From: a virus
Virus record (IMG/VR): IMGVR_UViG_3300032331_002448
Location: 1 to 64,000 of that record
Reading direction: 5' to 3' (one strand)
DNA length: 64,000 nucleotides
Below, piece after piece: positions 45,574-54,069 of this stretch. The first letter of the stretch is position 1; each line of letters begins with the position of its first letter. A model generated the notes under the pieces. The model was given only the letters and a program-made list of their open reading frames with translations. It did not search any database and was not told where the DNA came from. Made by a program: the position numbers and the translations under genes.

Positions 45574-45607
45574 TTCTTTTGAAGTCAGTGTTCTTTGCTT
45601 TAGCACC

Positions 45608-46075
45608 ATGTCAGCTGCAAACAGCGGCACTATTGTCGGTACTATTGTGACCGACATCACGACCAGGGTTCCTAATGACAGTCTGCAGGTCACGCAATTC
45701 CGCGTTGCTCCTGTCGATAGCAAGGAAACCGAGTCTCCCATTCCTCTGACCGCATACAATGGTGTCGGTCAGAAGATCCTCCAGCGGTACAACAAAGGTG
45801 ACACTGTTGCCATTGAGTACCGTCTGCGCTACACCACCTGGCAGACGCCAGAGGGTGAGCCCCGTGGCCGTATGGAAGTGGTTGTTGTTTCGACTACGAC
45901 CATCCGCCTTGGCCAACTGAGCATTGCTCAAAGAGCTGAGCGTGCTGCAGCAAATCAGTCTGCGCCAGCACCTGAACCTGTTGAAGCAAGCGATCGTACT
46001 GCTGCTGTCAACAGACTTGCCAACTTTATTGAAGGCAAGAAGGATAAAGTTCTAGAAGCAGACCCTGTGTTCTGA
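45608..46075 (+). CDS. ssb: Single-stranded DNA-binding protein
   Basis: OB-fold pattern N...IVG.I..D..FRVA..KGD.V.I..RL....W....G; acidic DPVF tail. Confidence 0.8.
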   Translation: MSAANSGTIVGTIVTDITTRVPNDSLQVTQFRVAPVDSKETESPIPLTAYNGVGQKILQRYNKGDTVAIEYRLRYTTWQTPEGEPRGRMEVVVVSTTTIRLGQLSIAQRAERAAANQSAPAPEPVEASDRTAAVNRLANFIEGKKDKVLEADPVF

Positions 46076-46083
46076 TTACTGAT

Positions 46084-46145
46084 AGCTGCACTTAGGGGTT
46101 TAAAACTTTCAAGTTTTTGTTAGTTTTAAACCTTTTTCTGCAGCT
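46084..46145 (+). promoter_or_regulatory. Long hairpin with internal loop downstream of ssb
   Basis: AGCTGCA-CTT-AGGGGTTTAAAACT..AGTTTTAAACCTTT-TTC-TGCAGCT. Confidence 0.5.
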
Positions 46146-46184
46146 TTCGTTCTTACGGAAGCTGTGTTCTTTACCAGAAAGATC

Positions 46185-46415
46185 ATGCAAGCTCAAGACA
46201 GCTGGATTTATTTGCCACCTGTAGACAATCATCGCATTCTTTGGAATGGTGGTGATTCAACCATGATTCACTTCCAAGTTTTCGATGGCTCTGAATGGAA
46301 TGACATGAGCAGTAAAACGTTTATGTCATTCCCAACTGGATCCAAAGAACTGTATTGCGAAATGCAAGAGTTCTATCAAGACTGCTTGGAGGAGCATGGC
46401 CTCAACCAAGCTTGA
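46185..46415 (+). CDS. Hypothetical protein
   Basis: ATG 46185. Confidence 0.6.
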   Translation: MQAQDSWIYLPPVDNHRILWNGGDSTMIHFQVFDGSEWNDMSSKTFMSFPTGSKELYCEMQEFYQDCLEEHGLNQA

Positions 46416-46779
46416 AGAGCTTCACCCTGTAGAAATACTGATCTTGGTATTTCTTGTAGTGCTTGAAGCCATCATTACACTTTGCACCGTCACACCAAAA
46501 CTATGGAAATCAAAGGATTCTGCAACGATCTCAGCATCGACGAAGTTGAGTGCCAGCTCGAAGACCAGTACGAGTGCGCCAGAAGAGAGCCAACCACAGT
46601 CAACGTCTACATTGTCAGCACCAGTGAAACAAGCGTCGGCATCTGTAAGCACGCGCACGCGGTCAACACGTTCTGTGTCTTCTCGAAAGAACAGGCAATC
46701 AGGACTGCAAAAGAACAGTACATTAAGTGGCGCAACTACAACGGTGACTCCCCTCACTCAAAATTCATCACCAGCATGA
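46396..46779 (+). CDS. TM plus Ser/Thr-rich protein overlapping the next gene
   Basis: GGAG RBS; hydrophobic helix, then low-complexity tail. Confidence 0.45.
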   Translation: MASTKLEELHPVEILILVFLVVLEAIITLCTVTPKLWKSKDSATISASTKLSASSKTSTSAPEESQPQSTSTLSAPVKQASASVSTRTRSTRSVSSRKNRQSGLQKNSTLSGATTTVTPLTQNSSPA

Positions 46780-46844
46780 GAGTAAGTGTCAAATTTGACA
46801 CTAACCCTGCAAAGCACAAGACTTGGTGGTTACATTCTAAATAG
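46503..46844 (+). CDS. Hypothetical protein
   Basis: ATG 46503; globular-looking composition. Confidence 0.55.
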   Translation: MEIKGFCNDLSIDEVECQLEDQYECARREPTTVNVYIVSTSETSVGICKHAHAVNTFCVFSKEQAIRTAKEQYIKWRNYNGDSPHSKFITSMRVSVKFDTNPAKHKTWWLHSK

Positions 46845-46845
46845 G

Positions 46846-46876
46846 TAGAATGGTGCCAGTGTTTCTCTGGCACCAT
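46846..46876 (+). promoter_or_regulatory. -10 box (TAGAAT) and 10 bp hairpin occluding the endolysin start
   Basis: ATGGTGCCAG-TGTTTCT-CTGGCACCAT(G). Confidence 0.65.
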
Positions 46877-47501
46877 GAAATTACTTGATTTCTTTAAGCA
46901 TTACAAAGGATTGCCGCACCAGGACAAAGCGATTGAGCAGTTAGAGCCTCTGATTGATCCAGAGGTACTGACAGCTGCTCAATCGTGGTACAAGACTTGG
47001 AGTACGCCACCTTCTGCTCCTGCCACCACCACAGCCAACTATGCACCAGCAGTACAGCTGATTAAGGAGTACGAAGGTTGTGTTCTGAAAGCGTATCCTG
47101 ATCCTGGTACTGGCGGTGATCCTTGGACAATTGGCTATGGCAATACATTTTATCCAAACGGCGCCAGGGTTAAACCGGGTGACGTAATTACTAAAGATAA
47201 AGCAACGGAGCTTTTGTATGGAGAGGTTAATCGCATTGCGAAGATCCTCGAATCAAAAATTCCTGCTTGGAAAGAACTGAACAATAATCAACGGTCAGCA
47301 CTTATAAGTTTTTCTTATAACGTGGGGCCTTACTGGTACAACTCAGACGGCTTTGGAACAATCTCGCGCACAATTGCGTCCCGCCTTTGGAAGAATGTTC
47401 CAGACGTTTTCAAGTTGTACGTCAACCCAGGTACTTCAGTTACTTTTGGATTAACCAGGCGTCGTATCGCTGAAGGAAATCTCTGGTTTAAACCAGTTTG
47501 A
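46875..47501 (+). CDS. Endolysin, GH24 lysozyme with cyanophage N-terminal extension
   Basis: LIKEYEG..LKAYPDP..WTIGYGNT, ALISFSYNVG, GLTRRR.AEG. Confidence 0.92.
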   Translation: MKLLDFFKHYKGLPHQDKAIEQLEPLIDPEVLTAAQSWYKTWSTPPSAPATTTANYAPAVQLIKEYEGCVLKAYPDPGTGGDPWTIGYGNTFYPNGARVKPGDVITKDKATELLYGEVNRIAKILESKIPAWKELNNNQRSALISFSYNVGPYWYNSDGFGTISRTIASRLWKNVPDVFKLYVNPGTSVTFGLTRRRIAEGNLWFKPV

Positions 47502-47539
47502 GTTACGTTTATTTTTTGTACCAACTTTGGAGATGATTA

Positions 47540-47731
47540 ATGACTGCTTTTTTTGACCGCGAGTTGTTAATTGAAAATTATGTTGAGCAAATTATTGATA
47601 ATATGGACAGTAAAACAATGATGCGCATAATTTATGAAACTCTGGTGGACAATCTTTCATCTTATTCTGATGAAGAATTGATCACTGTGGTTACAGAGCA
47701 CTATCCTGAATTACTGGAGAATGTCAAATGA
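47540..47731 (+). CDS. Small acidic cyanophage protein
   Basis: LIENYV.QIID.MD...YSDEEL...V..HYPELL. Confidence 0.7.
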   Translation: MTAFFDRELLIENYVEQIIDNMDSKTMMRIIYETLVDNLSSYSDEELITVVTEHYPELLENVK

Positions 47732-47810
47732 CTTTTGATCATGAATTTCTGATCAAAAATTGCATCTTACTTTCTTTTTTATAAGTTACTGAGTAAAAGT
47801 TAAGTTTGAT

Positions 47811-47838
47811 TAGGGGGCTGCGCATCCTATAAACGCAG
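47811..47838 (+). ncRNA. Leader pseudoknot family B, copy 1
   Basis: TAGGG-GG-CTGCG-CA-TCCTA-TAAA-CGCAG. Confidence 0.65.
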
Positions 47839-47860
47839 AACGTTCTTTGCTTTTTTTCTC

Positions 47861-48151
47861 ATGTCCTTTGGATACGGAATGGACATCACTGTTACGTGGC
47901 CAAGAATCTGGTGCCATGAAGCCAAGCGCATGGTTCCAGGAAAAGTTTTTCAACTGATAAATAGCACCGAGCCAGATGATCTTGAGGATCTTCAAGAGAT
48001 TCTTCGCTCTGCTTATATCACTGGTAAGGAAATTACTATTGAACTCAGTCAATGGCAACCGTCAGATGAAGATTTGTGCGGTGAGCCGCCAATGACAATG
48101 GATGAGATGCACAATGAAGCTTGGAAACAGCATCAAGAGATGCATTCTTAA
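47861..48151 (+). CDS. Hypothetical protein
   Basis: 96 aa ORF after pseudoknot. Confidence 0.6.
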   Translation: MSFGYGMDITVTWPRIWCHEAKRMVPGKVFQLINSTEPDDLEDLQEILRSAYITGKEITIELSQWQPSDEDLCGEPPMTMDEMHNEAWKQHQEMHS

Positions 48152-48169
48152 ATGCTGAACTGAACTACA

Positions 48170-48196
48170 AGGGGGCTGCGCATCCTACAAACGCAG
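48170..48196 (+). ncRNA. Leader pseudoknot family B, copy 2
   Basis: AGGG-GG-CTGCG-CA-TCCT-ACAAA-CGCAG. Confidence 0.65.
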
Positions 48197-48221
48197 AACT
48201 TTACACACTCACTTCACTACC

Positions 48222-48509
48222 ATGAAAGACATTGTTTCAATTGAATCTTTCAAACTAAATAGAGAGGGTGACATTGTTGTCACTGCAATAGTTGAAGATG
48301 TTGTTTGTGTGCTTGCAGGATCTCATCTTGATCCTCCTGAGTATGCACCAGGCTATTGCGCAATTACAGTGCCAGCGATGGATCTTCCTCCTATCTGTTT
48401 GACAGATCTTAATGAAGAAGATCTAGAGGAAGTTGTAAATCGTTACGCAAACCTCAATGCGTACGAGTGGAAGCCTATGATTGTTGACGTCTCAGATTTG
48501 GAGGATTGA
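48222..48509 (+). CDS. Hypothetical acidic protein
   Basis: DPPEYAPG.C motif. Confidence 0.65.
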   Translation: MKDIVSIESFKLNREGDIVVTAIVEDVVCVLAGSHLDPPEYAPGYCAITVPAMDLPPICLTDLNEEDLEEVVNRYANLNAYEWKPMIVDVSDLED

Positions 48510-48512
48510 TCA

Positions 48513-48752
48513 ATGACTGACATTGAAACCTGGATGAAACCTTTTGTTCCTGCAGATCCTATTAACATCAGCAGCGATAGTGGAAATATTGGTAGATTTT
48601 ATTGGCAAAATAAAGTAACATGCAGCATAGAACAATGGGGAGATAACAATTTTTATGAGATTGTTATCTCCGAACTTAATGGTGTGTCTGCCTTTCTTTG
48701 GACTGAATTTGATTGGATTGCTTGGGTAATGGGAGGATGGAACAATGACTAA
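48513..48752 (+). CDS. Hypothetical protein
   Basis: GGAGG RBS, 79 aa. Confidence 0.55.
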   Translation: MTDIETWMKPFVPADPINISSDSGNIGRFYWQNKVTCSIEQWGDNNFYEIVISELNGVSAFLWTEFDWIAWVMGGWNND

Positions 48753-49098
48753 CCAACACCCCGTCACCCCACCGCCGGATCTGGTGCAGCAGTGGGTAGC
48801 CGAAATCTGGCACGAAGGGACCCCAGTTCGAGTTGCACTTAGCGACGAACACATCGCCACCCGCGCTGCCCAATGGGGCGCCGACCAGGAGCTGGAGGCG
48901 TGTCTCAGGTTAGTTGAAATTGAAGTTTGCGATGGCGCCTATGAGTTGTCTCGCTACATCCGCACAGCCCGCCGCCCCAAGCCTCCGACTCTGAACAGCA
49001 TTGCCCTGCAGATGCTGGGCACCATCGAGCGTGACGCTCACTATCTGCCTGAGATCACCGACACCATCCGCAAAGCACTGGAGCAACTCAATGATTAA
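48745..49098 (+). CDS. TPPP.LVQQW / QWGADQELEAC family protein
   Basis: Paralog of 57001..57351; GC-rich. Confidence 0.7.
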   Translation: MTNQHPVTPPPDLVQQWVAEIWHEGTPVRVALSDEHIATRAAQWGADQELEACLRLVEIEVCDGAYELSRYIRTARRPKPPTLNSIALQMLGTIERDAHYLPEITDTIRKALEQLND

Positions 49099-49291
49099 TC
49101 ATCACATCATCGTTACCACGCAAGAACAAGAAGCTATTGTCAACGCATTAGCTTTCTTCGATTGGATGTTTTATCAATCTATTGGAGAAGAAGGAAGTGA
49201 CTGGTCAATGAAAGATTGGAAAGATGTTGCTAAAGAATATCCATCTGATTTGATGGATAAGTTAGCGACAAAGGTTGCTACCAGTAACTAA
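49091..49291 (+). CDS. Hypothetical protein
   Basis: ATG 49091 overlaps the upstream stop. Confidence 0.55.
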   Translation: MINHHIIVTTQEQEAIVNALAFFDWMFYQSIGEEGSDWSMKDWKDVAKEYPSDLMDKLATKVATSN

Positions 49292-49303
49292 GAAGTAAAT
49301 CAA

Positions 49304-49331
49304 TAGGGGGTTGCGCATCCTATAAACGCAA
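49304..49331 (+). ncRNA. Leader pseudoknot family B, copy 3
   Basis: TAGGG-GG-TTGCG-CA-TCCTA-TAAA-CGCAA (compensatory T-A). Confidence 0.65.
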
Positions 49332-49356
49332 ACCATTCTTTGTTTTGCACTTAACC

Positions 49357-49647
49357 ATGAATGATGACACACCTAAAGGACCATACGAAACCTATCTTCT
49401 TGTTACAGATAAAGATGACTACGAATCTGTAATGGAAATTCAAGAAGATGAACTTCTTGATCTTGAGGTATTAATTTCTAAATGGATTGAACGTGACCTA
49501 GATAATGGTTGGTATCTAGTTCAACCGTTTGATTCCAACAACAAAATCTTTGGTGATTATTATGCTGTCATTATTACTGATTGGCGGCCATTAGATTCTG
49601 TTGTTGTTTGGGAGGGAGCATACTTTTTTGTTGACTGCAAAGAATGA
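49357..49647 (+). CDS. Hypothetical acidic protein
   Basis: ATG 49357. Confidence 0.6.
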   Translation: MNDDTPKGPYETYLLVTDKDDYESVMEIQEDELLDLEVLISKWIERDLDNGWYLVQPFDSNNKIFGDYYAVIITDWRPLDSVVVWEGAYFFVDCKE

Positions 49648-49862
49648 AATCAAAATCTATCTGTATTGATCCTGTTGCCAAACTTATTGATCATCTTGAT
49701 GAGCTGACAGTTGATGCACTTAATGCATACACTTCAGCTTATAAAGGTGCTACATGGCATGAAATTGGCAAAGCATTTGATGCTGTTGTAGCGCACCCTG
49801 CAAGTAGATGGACCCGCAAGGATCTGTCTGCCAGGCAGAAAAAATTACACTTTGGTTTTTAA
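49644..49862 (+). CDS. Hypothetical protein
   Basis: ATGA overlap. Confidence 0.6.
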   Translation: MKSKSICIDPVAKLIDHLDELTVDALNAYTSAYKGATWHEIGKAFDAVVAHPASRWTRKDLSARQKKLHFGF

Positions 49863-49868
49863 TTGATT

Positions 49869-50009
49869 ATGCTTACCACAGTTGTTGTTGCCATCAAAAT
49901 TGATGGCGCATGGAAGGAATATTCATTTGAATGCAGAGATCCCCAATGGCGCATTGCATTCAAAACAATGAAAGATAGCGGCTATCCTATTCGTTTGCTT
50001 TATCGTTGA
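49869..50009 (+). CDS. Small hypothetical protein (not in ORF track)
   Basis: MLTTVVVAIKIDGAWKEY..., 46 aa filling the gap. Confidence 0.5.
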   Translation: MLTTVVVAIKIDGAWKEYSFECRDPQWRIAFKTMKDSGYPIRLLYR

Positions 50010-50011
50010 CA

Positions 50012-50197
50012 ATGAAAACTACTACTGAAGACAAACTTTACAGTAAAACTTGTGAGGTTTGGCACTTGCTTCACACAGCAGAGCAATTGATTGTCAACGA
50101 TGAAAACTTTCACCCCAATGTTCTGCAAAGTTTAAACAATTGTCTTGACATTGTTGAGACTTTACAAAACAAACTTGAAAAAACAATTGCAAGCTAA
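50012..50197 (+). CDS. Hypothetical protein
   Basis: TAATG coupling to the next gene. Confidence 0.55.
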   Translation: MKTTTEDKLYSKTCEVWHLLHTAEQLIVNDENFHPNVLQSLNNCLDIVETLQNKLEKTIAS

Positions 50198-50463
50198 TGG
50201 AAACTGAAATCAAGCCTTCTCCGTATCTACCAGATGTATATCCCAACTACCAAGCAAAGAAAGAACCATTCAAAGGTTCTGCTTATGCTGGCAGGAATGG
50301 CATGGGATACGGATCAAAGATTCCAACTGATTGGATGATTCGTATTAACAAAAAGTGGCATCGTGTTTACGTTGTTTGTTATAGCAACGTAGGCACAGCG
50401 TACATCAAAACGAAAGAACATCCTTTCATTGTTGTACGTGATTGCGATCTACCAACTGATTGA
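50197..50463 (+). CDS. Hypothetical phage protein
   Basis: GYGSKIPT..M......RVY..CYSN.GTAYI. Confidence 0.7.
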   Translation: METEIKPSPYLPDVYPNYQAKKEPFKGSAYAGRNGMGYGSKIPTDWMIRINKKWHRVYVVCYSNVGTAYIKTKEHPFIVVRDCDLPTD

Positions 50464-50485
50464 ACTTTACCAACGCACTTAAACC

Positions 50486-50689
50486 ATGTACTTTGATCGG
50501 TTTGACATTTGTAAAGCGTGGTATCTATGGCTTAGCCACTACCATAGCGGTCAATGGAGTGATGAGTACGTCAGGCTCTGTAAGCTATCGACGTACTTCA
50601 CTCCAGGTCCATTGCTTTCTTATGAGTCTTTGTCTGAGAATGGCAAAGCTATCTACGACAACCTTTGCACTAAGGAGAACAGCAAATGA
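50486..50689 (+). CDS. Hypothetical phage protein
   Basis: MYFDRFDIC.A.YL....YH.GQ.S..Y..LSENG..IY. Confidence 0.7.
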   Translation: MYFDRFDICKAWYLWLSHYHSGQWSDEYVRLCKLSTYFTPGPLLSYESLSENGKAIYDNLCTKENSK

Positions 50690-51156
50690 CTGACACCATC
50701 AAAGACCATGCTGAGCAGATCATGGCAGCATTCTGGACTGCTCCACGATCAGCCACCAGGCGCCAGCAGGTAGCAGCCGCATTGAAAGCTGCTACTGAAT
50801 TACTTCCTAAAGATGACACAGTAACTGATACCTTTGAAGAAGGTCTTCAGTATGGACTGATAACTGCATCGAAGATCTTCCTTGATATTGCTACAGAATT
50901 AGAGATAGAAATATCTAACACTATTAAATGGGAGGTTGAATACACCGATACATTTGGAGGAGAAGCTAACTACTCCTGGGTTAAGCGTGCAGAGTTTGAG
51001 ATGCCAGACAACGCAACCAACAATCAAATCACAAAGAAAGCTAAAGCTGCAATAGGATTGACAGGCGTACGCTGTTCAACAGTAGAACTGTGGGATGGAT
51101 TCCAGATCACTCCTATCAACTCTTGCACTACTGTATTTGTTACGTCGGTGATATAG
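50686..51156 (+). CDS. Two-module hypothetical protein
   Basis: Helical MTD- module fused to an EYTDTFGGEANYSWV.R module. Confidence 0.65.
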   Translation: MTDTIKDHAEQIMAAFWTAPRSATRRQQVAAALKAATELLPKDDTVTDTFEEGLQYGLITASKIFLDIATELEIEISNTIKWEVEYTDTFGGEANYSWVKRAEFEMPDNATNNQITKKAKAAIGLTGVRCSTVELWDGFQITPINSCTTVFVTSVI

Positions 51157-51157
51157 G

Positions 51158-51343
51158 ATGATAAATTTTATTTGCTTAACAATTTTATGTGTGCAGTCTC
51201 ACCTTGGACTAGGGACTGTGCGTTTTCAATCTCAAGATTATCTTATCTATTTAACAGATACTGCAACTTATTTGTGTCACATCAATGATACAAATTACAA
51301 GTGCAATTACCTTGAGAAAGGTGTGTTCTTACCACTCTACTAA
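51158..51343 (+). CDS. Small hypothetical protein
   Basis: 61 aa ORF. Confidence 0.45.
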   Translation: MINFICLTILCVQSHLGLGTVRFQSQDYLIYLTDTATYLCHINDTNYKCNYLEKGVFLPLY

Positions 51344-51345
51344 TC

Positions 51346-51678
51346 ATGTTCCGCAACCTTCTTCGTTTCTTTCTTCATCGCAACAAAGACAAGGCAGCAA
51401 TTAAAAGCACCATTAAAAATACTGCATCTGCCAGCAAAGAATTAGATGAGAGCGATGCTTACAGCCTTGAAGTCCTGAATGCAATGCAAGCTGTAATCAG
51501 AATGAAAGAAGCTGCTGATCGTGAAGGTGTTGGTTTTGCTGCTGGCTTTGTCACACCCAACGGCAAACGATTCCTTGTCAGTAATGTTGGTGGAGAGAAC
51601 CAGGGCACTAAGTATGTCAACTACTGGCTTGACAAAACAGAGCAGCGTATTAAGAAAAGTAACAAGGAGGCTAGCTAG
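51346..51678 (+). CDS. Hypothetical protein
   Basis: 110 aa ORF. Confidence 0.6.
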   Translation: MFRNLLRFFLHRNKDKAAIKSTIKNTASASKELDESDAYSLEVLNAMQAVIRMKEAADREGVGFAAGFVTPNGKRFLVSNVGGENQGTKYVNYWLDKTEQRIKKSNKEAS

Positions 51679-51719
51679 GTAGCACCGTAAAGTACGCTTA
51701 CAAGTTACAAGACCCTCCA

Positions 51720-52031
51720 ATGAACCTGTTCACTGCCATGGAAAACAAACAACAATCACGAGAAACCAAATTGCGTTCTTCTTACTCTGCAAAGCTGAGC
51801 ACTGTCCTTGAGATCATGAAGGATCTTTCAGCTCAAAGTTTGTTCATCGACTGCATCACTTCAGATCAAGAGGCAAACATTGATGCCACCATTGAATTTA
51901 TTACAGCAGTAAAGAATCAAGTGGATCCTGTCTTCTTTACTTCAAACCTGAACCTTGCTCTTGCCGAACAGGATCAGAAATTTAAGGAGGATCAGGAAGC
52001 ATGGGAGCAAAAGCTTGATCAACCTATGTGA
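51720..52031 (+). CDS. Hypothetical protein
   Basis: 103 aa ORF. Confidence 0.6.
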   Translation: MNLFTAMENKQQSRETKLRSSYSAKLSTVLEIMKDLSAQSLFIDCITSDQEANIDATIEFITAVKNQVDPVFFTSNLNLALAEQDQKFKEDQEAWEQKLDQPM

Positions 52032-52058
52032 TCATTAACAAAATCTAAAGAGATGAAC

Positions 52059-52091
52059 TGGGTCCTAAGCATGACCCATCAAAAAAGGCTT
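52059..52091 (+). ncRNA. Putative leader H-type pseudoknot
   Basis: TGGGTC-CT-AAGC-AT-GACCCA-TCAAAAAAG-GCTT. Confidence 0.45.
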
Positions 52092-52111
52092 GTTCTTTGC
52101 ATGAAACTATC

Positions 52112-52294
52112 ATGTTCTACACCTCGGCTCAGTTCCTGTCAGCTATCAATCAACTGAAGCTCATCAACCAGATGACAGGATCTTACGTTCAGCCTACGGT
52201 TAACGTTGAGCAGTTCATGAAACCTTTTAACTGCCCGCCTGCCCCTAAGCTGCACGATTGGCTGCCTGATCTTGATCAACACAACAACTTCTGA
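52112..52294 (+). CDS. Hypothetical protein
   Basis: ATG 52112. Confidence 0.55.
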   Translation: MFYTSAQFLSAINQLKLINQMTGSYVQPTVNVEQFMKPFNCPPAPKLHDWLPDLDQHNNF

Positions 52295-52297
52295 TCA

Positions 52298-52525
52298 GTG
52301 CCAGCAAGAAATTACTGGAGGCAGTACGCACTATTTAAAAGTAGTGTGTACGCAGTCAACAGTATCACATCAGTTCTAGTGGTCCTATTTGCTATGGACC
52401 ACATTTTTTTTAACCGTTCACTCAAAGGATTGAAGCCATGGCAGGTTGCATTGCTCGTCGAGCGCATACCTAAAATGCTTTCAACTCTGCAACAAACCTT
52501 TACAAAAACTAGGAGGTATCATTGA
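52298..52525 (+). CDS. Hypothetical membrane protein
   Basis: GTG start; hydrophobic segment. Confidence 0.45.
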   Translation: MPARNYWRQYALFKSSVYAVNSITSVLVVLFAMDHIFFNRSLKGLKPWQVALLVERIPKMLSTLQQTFTKTRRYH

Positions 52526-52692
52526 CGGCAAATTAAGAAAGCTTTAATGATTTCACTGGTATAGAAGAGGTTCCATCACTACGGTAAAGGAGCCTCTTTT
52601 TTCAGTGGTGCCAATGGTTTTAAGAACTACAAAGACCTGGACTCAGCAAGGTTTCTTCCCCGCATAATAAGATACCGGGAAGTAAATAAACC

Positions 52693-52860
52693 ATGGAAAA
52701 CACCACAGAAAACGCAACAAAACTTGCTTGGGCAGTTCTTGTTAAAGGAGCCAACGGAAGGAGTGAAGTTATTAAAGTTACCAACCACGAGGATGCTGAT
52801 CAAACGATCCTAAGTAATCCTCAAATGTTCTACAAGTCTGGTCCTTTTGTTTTAAAGTAA
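52693..52860 (+). CDS. Small hypothetical protein (not in ORF track)
   Basis: MENTTENATKLAWAVLVKG..., 55 aa, TAATG-coupled. Confidence 0.55.
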   Translation: MENTTENATKLAWAVLVKGANGRSEVIKVTNHEDADQTILSNPQMFYKSGPFVLK

Positions 52861-53249
52861 TGCTTGATTCCCAAATAGAAACACTTTGGCAAGAGTCTTT
52901 AAACACCTCCAGGATACCTGTTCAGGGTGGAATGTCTCAAACCTATGATCCTATTAAAGTTTTTGCTAAAAAGATTGCTGAGTATCTTGTTGATCAAACA
53001 GCAGATCCTGTTTCAAAGGATCAAATTAGAAAAGCTTGTGGACTCTTTGAAAGGTCAAGTGTAGTTGTTTCTACCGTTAATGGCAAAAGTTTTGAGGTGA
53101 AAGATGCAGTAGTTCTTACTCATGAGCATTTAACTGAACAAGAATGGAGAAACTATAACAGTGCTGCTCCAATGGAAAGGCGTGCAATCGCTAAAGACAG
53201 AGGAACTCCTTTGAAGCAACTAATACAATTAGATACCCTGCTACGGTAA
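52860..53249 (+). CDS. Hypothetical protein
   Basis: 129 aa ORF. Confidence 0.6.
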   Translation: MLDSQIETLWQESLNTSRIPVQGGMSQTYDPIKVFAKKIAEYLVDQTADPVSKDQIRKACGLFERSSVVVSTVNGKSFEVKDAVVLTHEHLTEQEWRNYNSAAPMERRAIAKDRGTPLKQLIQLDTLLR

Positions 53250-53290
53250 CTTACAATACAATTTTCAAAAAACCCAAAACTTTTCAAACA

Positions 53291-53482
53291 ATGAAAATTC
53301 CAGTCACCGGCTACGTTGTCATGATGCACCACCAGGATCTTGGTACGTTTGCGCCAGCATTCAGAACCATTGACGAAGCTGAGGAATTTTCTAATGCCAT
53401 GAAGCTCGGGTCAACCTTTATGGTTGCAGAAGCTGTTCCAATTGTTCAGACAATTACCAGTACAGAGTACGTTACTCACTGA
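53291..53482 (+). CDS. Hypothetical protein
   Basis: F.TIDEA..F motif. Confidence 0.6.
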   Translation: MKIPVTGYVVMMHHQDLGTFAPAFRTIDEAEEFSNAMKLGSTFMVAEAVPIVQTITSTEYVTH

Positions 53483-53539
53483 TCAAACTTAATAAGAGTA
53501 ACGCTGTGGTATCTTTTAGGTACTGCAGCTTTTTTGTAC

Positions 53540-53797
53540 ATGGCCATTGTTGTTAGCGTGTCTGTACCAGATGAACTTGCTACTCGTTGGCAGGAATCTG
53601 ATCTGGACATCAGCCCTTCACGTTTATTTCAAACTGCATTAGAGACCGAACTCAATAAATCCAATCAGCATCTTACTTATTGGAGTACACGTGCTCTTAA
53701 TGCAGAGAAAAAACTGAAGGCAATCGCTCAACTTGCCAATGCCAATGACAAAACCATCAAGAAATTCTTGATGATGGACACGTTAAATAAAGATTGA
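53540..53797 (+). CDS. CcdA-like ribbon-helix-helix protein
   Basis: VSVSVPDELATRW....ISPSRLFQTALETEL. Confidence 0.55.
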   Translation: MAIVVSVSVPDELATRWQESDLDISPSRLFQTALETELNKSNQHLTYWSTRALNAEKKLKAIAQLANANDKTIKKFLMMDTLNKD

Positions 53798-54069
53798 GTT
53801 AAAAAAATGACTCAATTTGTAAGTGGTATCACTCCCGCCAGGGGGTAACCACCACCAAAGGCTATATCTATTAAATAAACTAATACATAATCAATAAACA
53901 ATAACAACTAACAATCAACCAATAAAAAAGCCAAGGGCACTACTCCTTGGCTCAGTTGCTTTGCACACACACACCAGGGGACCATGCTCCCCTCTTGCAT
54001 TTTACCTGTTTACAGCTACACTATCCATGCAGGCGTGGCCACACGCTGCACACACCTCTTCGTTTCCTC

